DNA of 64,000 nt. It comes from an uncultured Gammaproteobacteria bacterium (GTDB lineage: Bacteria > Patescibacteriota > Patescibacteriia > UBA11705 > DATKZF01). The stretch spans positions 92,439 to 156,438 of the forward strand of contig CAYPKD010000003.1 of the NCBI GenBank assembly GCA_964411255.1, written 5' to 3'. Below are positions 36,529 to 45,643 of the stretch, one piece after another. Below the pieces are notes generated by a model. It was not told the origin of the DNA. It saw only the letters and a program-made list of their open reading frames with translations, and did not search any database. Numbering within the stretch: position 1 is the stretch's first letter; every line of letters starts with the position of its first letter. A program made the position numbers and the translations under genes.

Positions 36529-38571
36529 TTAATTTTCTTTCACCTCATCATTGGTCGCCTTTGTTTCCTCACTGGCTAAATTTTTTAAGTATTTTTTGTC
36601 ATTTAATGATAAATTTCTATATAATAATCCTTTATCCAAAGCCAAATCCCGGTATTTATCTGCATTTTCCACATCTTCAAGCGCTCTGTAATAAATTGAT
36701 AATTTGTAGTATGGCAAAGCAACCTCTGGATCGATTTCAATTGCTTTGTTAAATATTTCAATTGCTTTTTCTGTTTCATCACGTAGGCCTAAAAATCCAG
36801 CCCATTTCCAATATATATCATGCCTGGTTGGGAAATTATCAACTGCTTTTTGAAAAGTCTCATCAGTTAATTCATATTTTTCATACAAATCATATGATTC
36901 AGCTAAAAAGATATAATTAGAATAAATAGAAGGATATTGTTCAACTAATTCCTTAAAAATTATTGAAGCCTTTCCCCCGTGACTTACCTTCAGAGCGGTA
37001 TTATCTGATACTCGGGCTTCATTCGCATATTTTAAATGTAATGAAGCATGCTGTTGTTTGTAAAAATGAGAAGGAAAGGTGTTTTTTGATTTTTCCATGC
37101 GTTCCTGCACTTCTTCCTGTAAAAGAACTGCTTTTGTAAATTCTTTATTGGCCAGAACTGGTTTCATTAAAATAGCGGCTACAAATACTGCCATGCCAAT
37201 ACCAATAACTAAATATAAATTTGAATTTTTTTTCAATTTTTCTAAAAGGTTTGATCGAATTATGCTTGTAGTATTTTCATTTTCAGTGTAGCTTTGAGAA
37301 TAAATAACAGCCAGAGCAAAAATTATTATCAAATGCGGAGAGATCAGAGCAAACATAAAGAAAAACTGTAATAGACAGGCTGCCATTAAATAAATAAAAA
37401 TTAATCCTACAGACGCCTTTTCTTTATCTTTTCTTTTTAATAGTTTTATTGATTTCCAGGTTGCAAAAAGCAATATTGCCATGGTCAATACCCAGACAAG
37501 CCCGCCTTCCATTACCAAAACATCCAAATGCCAATTATGAGCACGGTCAATATTGGTTTCAGGCAGATCTGATAATTTGGGTGGAAAATTCTTATCAAAA
37601 GCATAGCCTAAAAAGTCCTGTCCCCATCCAAAGACAGGCCTGTCTTTAAATGCATCAAAAGAGCCCTGCCAGAATAAAAGCCTTTGCTTATTTGAATTAT
37701 CCTCAGTGTTGAAAATACTAAAAAGTCTTTTTAGCGCAGGATTTGAAAATTCCTCATATTTATTAATTCCAATATATGTAAAGGATGAAGCTAAAATAAC
37801 ACCTAATATTAGTAATGCTAAAAATGCCTTTTTATTGCGCTTAAAAAAGTAAAAAGTAAATATTACAAAGTTTGCAAATAAAAATGCAATCCAAGAACTT
37901 CTAGAACCAGAAAAGTATAAAGCGACGACAGTTATAATATATCCAGCACCGGTTATGATTTTAATAAAAATATTTTTATAAAAAAATATGCAGTAATAAA
38001 AAAATGGAATGGTTAAAATTATAAAAGCACTAAAATTTAATGGATTACCCATGGTGGAGATAATACGACTGGCTACATTTCCTGACCAAATATTCTGAAT
38101 AAGGCCGAATTTTTGTAAATATCCATAAAGTGACATTAAGGTGGCAGACATTACAATAGCAAAAGCATAGTATCTGATTTTTTGCTTTGTCCAGTCATTA
38201 AGCAGCAATAAAACAAAAAACAAAATAAAAAATATCCAGAGCAAAAAGCCTTCTGTACGGGTATAATCCCCCCAGAAACTAATATCGCGGTTCTCACTAA
38301 AGAACCAAGATAAAAATTTTAATATTAATAGCACTGCTGTTACGCCTAAAATAAATTTGTATCGTTTTAGGTTAATGGATTTTTTTTCCAAAAAATACAT
38401 TATGGAAAAAAATAAAGCCAGCAAGGTAAAAATTATAAATAATGTAGTTTTTGGCAGACGGAAACTGTTATAAAGCCTAGTAGAAAAAGTTAAAGGGATT
38501 AAAAACAGAATAATTAAAAAAAAGGCATTTCTGGAAATGTTGGCTAAAATGATTTTGCTTTGGGTCTTCAT
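36529..38571 (-). CDS. O-antigen ligase/Wzy_C-like membrane protein with C-terminal TPR repeats (paralog 2)
   Basis: DRAHNWHLDVLVMEG. Same architecture, tandem to paralog 1. Confidence 0.6.
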   Translation of the reverse strand: MKTQSKIILANISRNAFFLIILFLIPLTFSTRLYNSFRLPKTTLFIIFTLLALFFSIMYFLEKKSINLKRYKFILGVTAVLLILKFLSWFFSENRDISFWGDYTRTEGFLLWIFFILFFVLLLLNDWTKQKIRYYAFAIVMSATLMSLYGYLQKFGLIQNIWSGNVASRIISTMGNPLNFSAFIILTIPFFYYCIFFYKNIFIKIITGAGYIITVVALYFSGSRSSWIAFLFANFVIFTFYFFKRNKKAFLALLILGVILASSFTYIGINKYEEFSNPALKRLFSIFNTEDNSNKQRLLFWQGSFDAFKDRPVFGWGQDFLGYAFDKNFPPKLSDLPETNIDRAHNWHLDVLVMEGGLVWVLTMAILLFATWKSIKLLKRKDKEKASVGLIFIYLMAACLLQFFFMFALISPHLIIIFALAVIYSQSYTENENTTSIIRSNLLEKLKKNSNLYLVIGIGMAVFVAAILMKPVLANKEFTKAVLLQEEVQERMEKSKNTFPSHFYKQQHASLHLKYANEARVSDNTALKVSHGGKASIIFKELVEQYPSIYSNYIFLAESYDLYEKYELTDETFQKAVDNFPTRHDIYWKWAGFLGLRDETEKAIEIFNKAIEIDPEVALPYYKLSIYYRALEDVENADKYRDLALDKGLLYRNLSLNDKKYLKNLASEETKATNDEVKEN

Positions 38572-38573
38572 AT

Positions 38574-39926
38574 TTAACTAAATAATTTACTAATGGTTTT
38601 AAGTACAATTTTTAAATCTAATATAAATGATTTGTGTTTTAGATAATAAAGGTCATAGCGTAATTTGTTTTTATGCTCTTCTAAGCTGGTGCAGTATGGA
38701 TAATTAATTTGTGCCCAGCCAGTTACGCCAGGCCGGATTAAATGTCGTTGATTATAGAAAGTAATTTGCGAATTTAGCTGTTCAACAATTTTTGGTTGTT
38801 CTGGCCGCGGGCCTACCACACTCAGATCGCCTTTTAATACATTTATTATTTGAGGCATTTCATCAAGATGGGATTTCCTCAGCAGTTTCCCCATTTTAGT
38901 CACTCTCTTGTCATTTGGTGTTGCGCAGATCTGAACATCATCAGCTGAGTGAGTCATTGTTCGGAATTTGTAAATGTAAAACACTCTTTTATTTTGCCCT
39001 ATTCGTTTCTGTTTGTAAATGACTGGTCCGTTCGAATCAAGTTTTATCAATATTCCAATAATTGGATAAAAGCAGATTAAAAAACCTGTACCAATAGTAG
39101 AAAGAAGAATATCAATTGCTTTTTTACCAATCAAATAAATGTTTTGGCCAGGCCGAAGATTATAAATAAACCAGCGCTTATCCAAATTTTCTAAAGTAAT
39201 TTTTGAATGAAGTTTTTCATAAAAATCTTGCAATTCATAAAATTCGCTTTTCATTTTTGGAATTTCAGAAAAGAAAAGATTAATTATTTCAGTGGCATAA
39301 GTAAAATTTTTATCAAGTATAATTTTATCAAAGCGATTGTTTTCCATTGTTTTTAATAGGTTTTTGATTGGGGGCTTGATAACTTGAGTGGCCTGATTAT
39401 CAAAATTTATTAAAAAAGCATCAGAATAGATTATAATTTTTTTCTTTTGCGGGCCATATGATGATAGATCTTCAAATAACTGATGCGCTCGCTGGCTATT
39501 TCCAATGATTAAGTAGCTTTCCTGTTTTTTTGAAAGAATATAAAAAATTAAAAGCCGGGAACTTATCCAAAGAATTAAAAAAATGGCTGAAAAGATAATT
39601 AGAAGAGTCTTTGGAGTAATATTTGTGTCTTTTGGATACCAGTAAAAAAATAAAGTGCTGAGAACTGTTAAAACAACAATTGCGACTAATTGTTTTTTAA
39701 AATAATCAATTCTGCCATGAAATTTATTTAAATGATAAAGATTTAAAATATAAAAAACAAAAAGCCAAATAATCAGCAATATACTAAATTTAATCAGATT
39801 TTGATTAAAATATTGGTAGGAAAAAATTTCTCTATGCCTGATAAAAAGGCTAATGAAAAAAGAGAGGAAAAATATTACAATATCTCCTCCTAGTAAAAAG
39901 TATTTTGATTTTAGTATTTGAGCCAT
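38574..39926 (-). CDS. Polyprenyl-phosphate sugar phosphotransferase (WbaP/exopolysaccharide priming transferase family)
   Basis: C-terminal DEMPQIINVLKGDLSVVGPRPEQP bacterial sugar transferase motif with N-terminal TM helices. Confidence 0.8.
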   Translation of the reverse strand: MAQILKSKYFLLGGDIVIFFLSFFISLFIRHREIFSYQYFNQNLIKFSILLIIWLFVFYILNLYHLNKFHGRIDYFKKQLVAIVVLTVLSTLFFYWYPKDTNITPKTLLIIFSAIFLILWISSRLLIFYILSKKQESYLIIGNSQRAHQLFEDLSSYGPQKKKIIIYSDAFLINFDNQATQVIKPPIKNLLKTMENNRFDKIILDKNFTYATEIINLFFSEIPKMKSEFYELQDFYEKLHSKITLENLDKRWFIYNLRPGQNIYLIGKKAIDILLSTIGTGFLICFYPIIGILIKLDSNGPVIYKQKRIGQNKRVFYIYKFRTMTHSADDVQICATPNDKRVTKMGKLLRKSHLDEMPQIINVLKGDLSVVGPRPEQPKIVEQLNSQITFYNQRHLIRPGVTGWAQINYPYCTSLEEHKNKLRYDLYYLKHKSFILDLKIVLKTISKLFS

Positions 39927-40006
39927 AACTTGGTTAAATTATAGCAAAATAAGTCAAAAAACAAAAACCAACTTTTTCAGTTGATTTTTGTGATATTCAC
40001 GTTTGT

Positions 40007-40579
40007 TTATTTCAATTTAAATGAGGCAAGCATGGCTTCAGCCGCATCAATATGATTATTATAGTTGGCCAAGGTAGTTGAATATGACCAGTGGTATAGG
40101 AATTTACCATTTGGACCTGGGATTACTACTTGTTTTTGATGAATTCCAAGGTCTTTCATACTGACCACAATTTGTCTACCCATTAATTTTGTACCATCCG
40201 CAGTAGTATATTCATAATCTTTTTCAGCAAAATACTCATTATTTGAACCTATGTCTGCAGAAGTGGTTTTAAAACCATCGATTACTTCAGCTGCTGTAGA
40301 AAAAGTTCCGCCATTTGATTTGGTTGGATAAGTTTGGATGTTAATAATGGCCACATTTGCAGGATTAGGCGGAGCGTTTTGAATAACTAAAGCATTGTTC
40401 TCTGCAACTTTATATGACCAGTCAGCTGGATAGCCAATTGTATAATTTAAACTGGCTTCGTTAACTGTATTATTAAGTGAAATTTGCTTGGTTTGTTTTG
40501 TGGTTTTTTGTCCACTGCCGCAGGCAGCTAAGGTGAAAATTAATGCAATAGACATTAAAATAATTGGAAGTTTTTTCAT
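40007..40579 (-). CDS. Lipoprotein of unknown function
   Basis: Signal peptide with lipobox LAACGSG. Confidence 0.5.
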   Translation of the reverse strand: MKKLPIILMSIALIFTLAACGSGQKTTKQTKQISLNNTVNEASLNYTIGYPADWSYKVAENNALVIQNAPPNPANVAIINIQTYPTKSNGGTFSTAAEVIDGFKTTSADIGSNNEYFAEKDYEYTTADGTKLMGRQIVVSMKDLGIHQKQVVIPGPNGKFLYHWSYSTTLANYNNHIDAAEAMLASFKLK

Positions 40580-40668
40580 AAAGTTAATGCTTATTTATTA
40601 GAAGTATTTAAGCATATAAAGTATATCATTATTGAGAAAATAAAAAAACTTCAAATATTATTGAAGTT

Positions 40669-41196
40669 TTATCTCCTTAAACTGTTTGCTTCTTTAGCTC
40701 CAGCCATAACTTCCTGGAGTTGATGGACCAATGAGCTTGGTTTAATCTTTGTTAAAAGAATTGACATTGCCTGTTCTTGGGTGAACCCAGCTTCTGTAAG
40801 ATTTTTGAAATCTCGGAAATGAGATTGCGCTGCCAATTTTGAATGTTTAGCCAGCTCTGGCTCAAGTTTTTCCTTAAGTTCTGCAAAGGCAGTGATAAGA
40901 AATGTAATAACTTCTGATACAGTTTCTTTGGTTCCGTCTTTTTTCCAAGAAGATCGCAAGGTATAGAAATAATCTAATATATTATTCCTTAGAAACTCTT
41001 GTATCTCTTCTCTAGCTCTGAGTAAATGTAATTCTTTACCCAATTGATCAATAGAAGCTGTAAGTCTTTGCCTCTTAATTATATTTTCTTCAGTTTCTGC
41101 ACCATCCCAGCGCGGAAGCGAGTCTCGCTCGTCTCTTTTTTGGTCTAATTCTTCTCCTAGTGTTCTAATATGTCTTTGCAATCTGGTTTCAGGCAT
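40669..41196 (-). CDS. Hypothetical protein
   Basis: 175 aa. SD GGGGGGA precedes the ATG. Probably co-transcribed with the upstream gene. Confidence 0.45.
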   Translation of the reverse strand: MPETRLQRHIRTLGEELDQKRDERDSLPRWDGAETEENIIKRQRLTASIDQLGKELHLLRAREEIQEFLRNNILDYFYTLRSSWKKDGTKETVSEVITFLITAFAELKEKLEPELAKHSKLAAQSHFRDFKNLTEAGFTQEQAMSILLTKIKPSSLVHQLQEVMAGAKEANSLRR

Positions 41197-41208
41197 ATTG
41201 TCCCCCCG

Positions 41209-42102
41209 TTACCTGCGCAGAAACATTCTTTCAATTAAATGATCAGCCATTTTATCAAATGCAGCTTTCATCAGCCTTTCACCAAGTCGTGGATCAGTGG
41301 TCAAACGCTCAGTAAGCATTTCTTGAATTTTTTCAGCAAAATCTCGATCTCTGAACAGAACATCTACTGCCCGATCAACCAGATTAGCAAATTCTTGATT
41401 TTCTGCCATTCGTTCAGTAGGATCAAATCGATTTTGAATGTATTTTTGCATTTCATCTTTGGCTACTTCTTTAATCATATCTTCAACCTGCTGCTTAAAA
41501 GTAAAGTCAGAAAGCAATTGAGAAATTTGTTTATCCAGATTTCTCCAAAAATCATCTGGCATATTTTCATCCCAATCACATTCTTGATTATAATAATTTC
41601 TGACTACGGTTTTGATTTTTTCAAATATAGTTTTTTCAATTTCCGGCTCTTGAATAATTTTTTTCACCAGATTTTCTATATCGATTTGCTCAATAAGATT
41701 TTCATCATCAGGCAAATCATTTCCATCAATTGCAGCAATTGCATCAAACAATGTATTTTTAACTTTTTGAGTTACTTTATCTCTTATTTCTCTGTCCCTT
41801 TCAAATAATTGGGTAAGAATAGTTTCAATGTTGAAATTGTCTGGCATATAATCAATAATATCTCGTGATTCTATATCAGATTCAATTTCATTGGATCCAT
41901 CTTCACGTATTTTTTTGAGAAGAAGTGATTTTACTTTTTTTCGTAAAGCATCTTGAACTTCATCATCGCTTTCAAATAGATCAATAGCGATTTGTGAAAT
42001 ATCAGCATATTCTCTAATAGCCTCGTCGATGTCATCACTATTAGAATCAACTGATGCCAGTATTTGATCAATGATTTTTTGTACTACTTCTTGAGCTGAC
42101 AT
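41209..42102 (-). CDS. Hypothetical acidic protein (298 aa)
   Basis: Start moved from the track's TTG to the ATG at 42102, which has SD AGGGAGGG. D/E-rich, no family. Confidence 0.45.
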   Translation of the reverse strand: MSAQEVVQKIIDQILASVDSNSDDIDEAIREYADISQIAIDLFESDDEVQDALRKKVKSLLLKKIREDGSNEIESDIESRDIIDYMPDNFNIETILTQLFERDREIRDKVTQKVKNTLFDAIAAIDGNDLPDDENLIEQIDIENLVKKIIQEPEIEKTIFEKIKTVVRNYYNQECDWDENMPDDFWRNLDKQISQLLSDFTFKQQVEDMIKEVAKDEMQKYIQNRFDPTERMAENQEFANLVDRAVDVLFRDRDFAEKIQEMLTERLTTDPRLGERLMKAAFDKMADHLIERMFLRR

Positions 42103-42297
42103 TTGTCCCTCCCTTTTTTCAAAGGACAAAACCTGTTTTTAGGCACTTTGCCTAAATCAGCTTATTTTAACAAAAATTATAATTTTGTCAAATAAAAAAT
42201 AATGCGGTTTTTTAGCGTTATTTGCTTAATTGGTATTTTACAGTATAATAAAATCTGGTACATTTAAAATAACTCATAATAAATGAAAGGGGGCTTA

Positions 42298-43971
42298 ATG
42301 TTAAAAGTTGAGAAAATATGCAAATCATATAAGGGAGATCTTATTTTACAAGATATTTCTTTTGGAATTGGGAAAAATCAGAAAATCGCATTTATTGGGC
42401 CAAATGGTGCTGGAAAAACAACATTATTGAAAATTCTAGCTGATAAGGAAAAAGCTGATAGTGGAACAGTAAAAATTGATGATAATGTAGTAATAGGATA
42501 TTTGCCTCAGGAAATTGATACTGTTGGAGATGAGACAATTGATCAATATTTAAAAAGAGTTACTGGAATTGATATGTTAGAAGAAAAGATGCACAGATTA
42601 GAACAAGATTTAGAAGATGCAGAAAAATTAGAGCAATATTCAGAAATTCAACAGCAATTTTTACGTTTGGATGGATATAATTTTATTCAGAAAAGAGATA
42701 TAATATTAGCCGGATTTGGATTAGTTGAAATTTCTTCAGATAGATTAATAGCTTCATTGAGCGGTGGTCAAAAAGCCAAAGTGGCTTTGGCCGGGCTTTT
42801 ACTTCAAAGTCCAGATTTATTACTACTTGATGAGCCAACAAATAATTTGGATCTGGCTTCAATTATTTGGTTAGAAACTTTTTTGCAAAATATTAAGGTT
42901 TCTTGCATGATAATATCTCATGATCGTCATTTTTTAGATAAAATTGTATCAAAAGTATTTGAATTAGATTGGTTTGAAAGAAATATAAATGAATTTAATG
43001 GAACATATAGTGAATATAGAGATTATAAGGAGAAAAAAAGAAATAGAGAATTGGAAGAGGAGAAACAAATAAAAAGGGAGAAGAAGAGATTAAAAGAGAG
43101 TGTTACAAGGAAAAAAAGCTGGGCCAGTAAAGCATCAAAGCAGACAACCTCAGATAAAGATAAATATTTACGAGGATATAGACGAGACCAATCATCCAAA
43201 ATTACCAAAAGCGCAAAAGCAATCGAAAGTTATGTTGATAAAATAAAGGAAGTTCAAGTAACTCCAGAGCGGGGAAAACTGGAAATTCCAATAGTCGCCA
43301 AAGCGAGCAGAGCAAAGCATTCGATTTCATTACGAGATGTTCGGTATCAGTATGGAAATGTTTTTAGCTTAGGTCCGATTAGCCTACATATTGAATATGG
43401 ATCAAGAATTGCAATTCTTGGGCCAAATGGGTCGGGCAAATCTACTCTACTTCAAATAATCTCTCGGAAAATCATTATAGAAGATGGTGAAATAATGATT
43501 GGAAAATCATTAAAGTTCGGTAATTTAATGCAGGAGAATGAAAACATCGCCAAGGAAAAAACAATTTTTGAATTTTTTACTGAAAAAGAGATTGATAAGC
43601 AGAAAATATATTTTATATTGGATAAGTTTCAGTTTTTAGCCAAAGATGCAGATAAAAAAATAAATGATTTGAGTCCAGGCGAGAAAATGAGGATTTTATT
43701 AGCGTTATTTACCGTTCAAAATGTGAATGTTTTGATTTTAGATGAACCAACCAATCATTTGGATATCGAAGCGCTTGAAGCTTTAGAAAAATCATTGATA
43801 GATTATAGTGGGACAATAATTCTTGTATCTCACGATAGACTTTTTTTAGAAAATATATCTCCTTCTCATTTATTTATGATGAGTAATGGCAGTATTAAAG
43901 CCATTTCAAATCAAGATGATTATCAGAAATCATTAGAACGAGAAGCGAAGAAGCTAATAAAACAGCTTTAA
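42298..43971 (+). CDS. ABC-F family ATPase (two tandem ABC domains, no TMD) with long charged interdomain linker
   Basis: Two Walker A motifs (GPNGAGKTT, GPNGSGKST) and two signatures (LSGGQKAKV, LSPGEKMRI). K/R/E-rich linker of about 90 aa. SD aagggggc precedes the ATG at 42298. Confidence 0.85.
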   Translation: MLKVEKICKSYKGDLILQDISFGIGKNQKIAFIGPNGAGKTTLLKILADKEKADSGTVKIDDNVVIGYLPQEIDTVGDETIDQYLKRVTGIDMLEEKMHRLEQDLEDAEKLEQYSEIQQQFLRLDGYNFIQKRDIILAGFGLVEISSDRLIASLSGGQKAKVALAGLLLQSPDLLLLDEPTNNLDLASIIWLETFLQNIKVSCMIISHDRHFLDKIVSKVFELDWFERNINEFNGTYSEYRDYKEKKRNRELEEEKQIKREKKRLKESVTRKKSWASKASKQTTSDKDKYLRGYRRDQSSKITKSAKAIESYVDKIKEVQVTPERGKLEIPIVAKASRAKHSISLRDVRYQYGNVFSLGPISLHIEYGSRIAILGPNGSGKSTLLQIISRKIIIEDGEIMIGKSLKFGNLMQENENIAKEKTIFEFFTEKEIDKQKIYFILDKFQFLAKDADKKINDLSPGEKMRILLALFTVQNVNVLILDEPTNHLDIEALEALEKSLIDYSGTIILVSHDRLFLENISPSHLFMMSNGSIKAISNQDDYQKSLEREAKKLIKQL

Positions 43972-44011
43972 AAAAATTGAAAAAGGACACATATTACACA
44001 TGGTCCTTTTA

Positions 44012-45241
44012 TTATTGTAATTTTTTTTTCTCCAAATATTTAGTAAAAGATGTTATTCCGTATGGATCTTTGGCTTGAACATCTTTATGAAAGATATAAG
44101 CCCTTGCTTGGCATTCTCGAAGTCCATTATTTCTGAATTGGTTAAAAATTTTATGGTTTTGCCATTTTTGTAAAAAATGATCATCAAAGGCTGGTAATTC
44201 CCTGTCTTGATAATAGCCTGCAGCAACCAAAGATGGACAAGTTATCATTTTTCCATTCACATCTATCACCAGCCCTGATCTAGTGGCTCGGCATTCATTT
44301 CTTGGCGGAAGCCCAAGAAGTTTTGAAACGATTGCAGCATTGGAAATTCCAATTTTTTCACCTTTATTTTTTCTTAAATTAAATAAGGTGATAATTAAAT
44401 CAAAAAAGCTTTGCGGTTCTGGTATCAGATTTCTATGTTCAGGCTGAAAGGGTTTGAATAAATTGAAATTGCATGGGATTCCAAGTTGTCTGCAATAATC
44501 AATTATTTGTTGATAAAACAAGATATTAATTGAATTGATAGTAAAAGTAGTTTCCACAGCTAAGCCCTTGCTTGTCAATATCCGTAGAGTTTTGTCTACT
44601 TTTCTAAATACTCCTTTACCTCTGATTTTATCATGAATTTTTTTTGTTCCATCAAGGCTAACTAAAAAAGTTAATCTTTTGATTTTGGCTAATTGTTCGA
44701 GCATCTCATTATCAATTAAAGTTAGATTGGTAACAAGATTAATCGCCATTTGATTTTGCTGGCAAGCTTTAATTATTTTCAACAAGCCTTTATGCCTTAG
44801 GGGCTCCCCGCCTATTAGGCTGACTTCAAATATGCCATTTTTAGCCAAAAGATTTACGGTATCAATTGCTTTTTGTGTGGGAACAAATATTTCTTGGTGT
44901 TCAGCCTGAAAACAATGTTTACATCGGAGATTGCACGAAGTTGTAATTTCAAATTCTACGCCCAAAGGCATGTCAAGTTGCCTTTGTTCTAGGACATTAA
45001 AGCCAGACGGCTTTATTTCTTCCTGAATTTGTTGTAAAAATTCAATTACGTCATTGAGAGCCTGAAAAAGTGAAATGTGAAATTTTTTAGATATAGACTG
45101 AGCAATAGAGTCAATATCTTTTTCATGGTTAAAAAATAAATCTAAAATATTTTTTCCAATTTTATTAATTTCAATCACTCGTCTGGTATCTAAAAAGTAG
45201 GCTATATATTGTTCTTTTTCTTGCCTAAATCGCACTAACAT
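44012..45241 (-). CDS. Radical SAM / SPASM(twitch)-domain enzyme with N-terminal PqqD-like RRE region; putative RiPP maturase
   Basis: CNLRCKHC (CxxxCxxC) at about residue 100. The C-terminal Cys cluster (NECRAT.., ITCPSL, RECQAR) is consistent with SPASM/twitch. The N-terminal 90 aa (IEINKIGKNILDLFFNHEKDIDSIAQSISKKFHISLFQALNDVIEFL) resembles PqqD/RRE. SD AAAGGAG precedes the ATG. Confidence 0.8.
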   Translation of the reverse strand: MLVRFRQEKEQYIAYFLDTRRVIEINKIGKNILDLFFNHEKDIDSIAQSISKKFHISLFQALNDVIEFLQQIQEEIKPSGFNVLEQRQLDMPLGVEFEITTSCNLRCKHCFQAEHQEIFVPTQKAIDTVNLLAKNGIFEVSLIGGEPLRHKGLLKIIKACQQNQMAINLVTNLTLIDNEMLEQLAKIKRLTFLVSLDGTKKIHDKIRGKGVFRKVDKTLRILTSKGLAVETTFTINSINILFYQQIIDYCRQLGIPCNFNLFKPFQPEHRNLIPEPQSFFDLIITLFNLRKNKGEKIGISNAAIVSKLLGLPPRNECRATRSGLVIDVNGKMITCPSLVAAGYYQDRELPAFDDHFLQKWQNHKIFNQFRNNGLRECQARAYIFHKDVQAKDPYGITSFTKYLEKKKLQ

Positions 45242-45266
45242 TGGCCGCTCCTTTTTGGGTTATAAA

Positions 45267-45290
45267 AGAGGTAATGATGAAATTACCTCT
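45267..45290 (-). terminator. Intergenic hairpin between precursor-like gene and radical SAM gene (attenuator/partial terminator)
   Basis: agaggtaat-gatgaa-attacctct followed by ttttat on the transcribed strand. Confidence 0.45.
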
Positions 45291-45302
45291 GCCAGTCTGT
45301 TG

Positions 45303-45515
45303 TCATGGCAATTTGATAACACATGACGCCCCCTTTTTTTTGAGATTGAGGGTTGTTTCGAGTCTGATCAGGGCAGACGCGAATGCTTTCCCAGCGTGTT
45401 CTCCTGATTGTAATCCCCCAGGAGAACCACCGCAGCTTGTTAGGCAGCAACCTGATTCTACGGGTTCTGGAAAGTAGCCGCGTCTAAGTACCTTTGGTTT
45501 TTGGTACTTCCTCAT
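45303..45515 (-). CDS. Candidate RiPP precursor peptide (70 aa; Cys/Gly/Pro/Ser-rich core)
   Basis: Strong SD AAGGAGGA lies 7 nt before the ATG. Sequence: MRKYQKPKVLRRGYFPEPVESGCCLTSCGGSPGGLQSGEHAGKAFASALIRLETTLNLKKKGASCVIKLP. GC-rich codons. Stop is 60 nt upstream of the maturase start. Confidence 0.5.
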   Translation of the reverse strand: MRKYQKPKVLRRGYFPEPVESGCCLTSCGGSPGGLQSGEHAGKAFASALIRLETTLNLKKKGASCVIKLP

Positions 45516-45643
45516 TGTGAGGTCCTCCTTTTTGTGAAGGTTCTAGAAATGGGGTAAAATTTTTACCAAGGACTGCTTTAAGCTTATGAAATATATTTAT
45601 TTTTGTCAAATAAAAAAATGCGGTTTTTTCGCATTATTTTTTA

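Noticed and set aside
45241-45477. Plus-strand ORF 45241..45477 (internal MMKLPLPVCCHG..., AAGAGG SD) as the alternative precursor
   Set aside because: Its start lies inside the intergenic hairpin and it is antisense to the rSAM operon direction. The minus-strand ORF has the stronger SD and canonical position upstream of the maturase. Kept only as an alternative to test.
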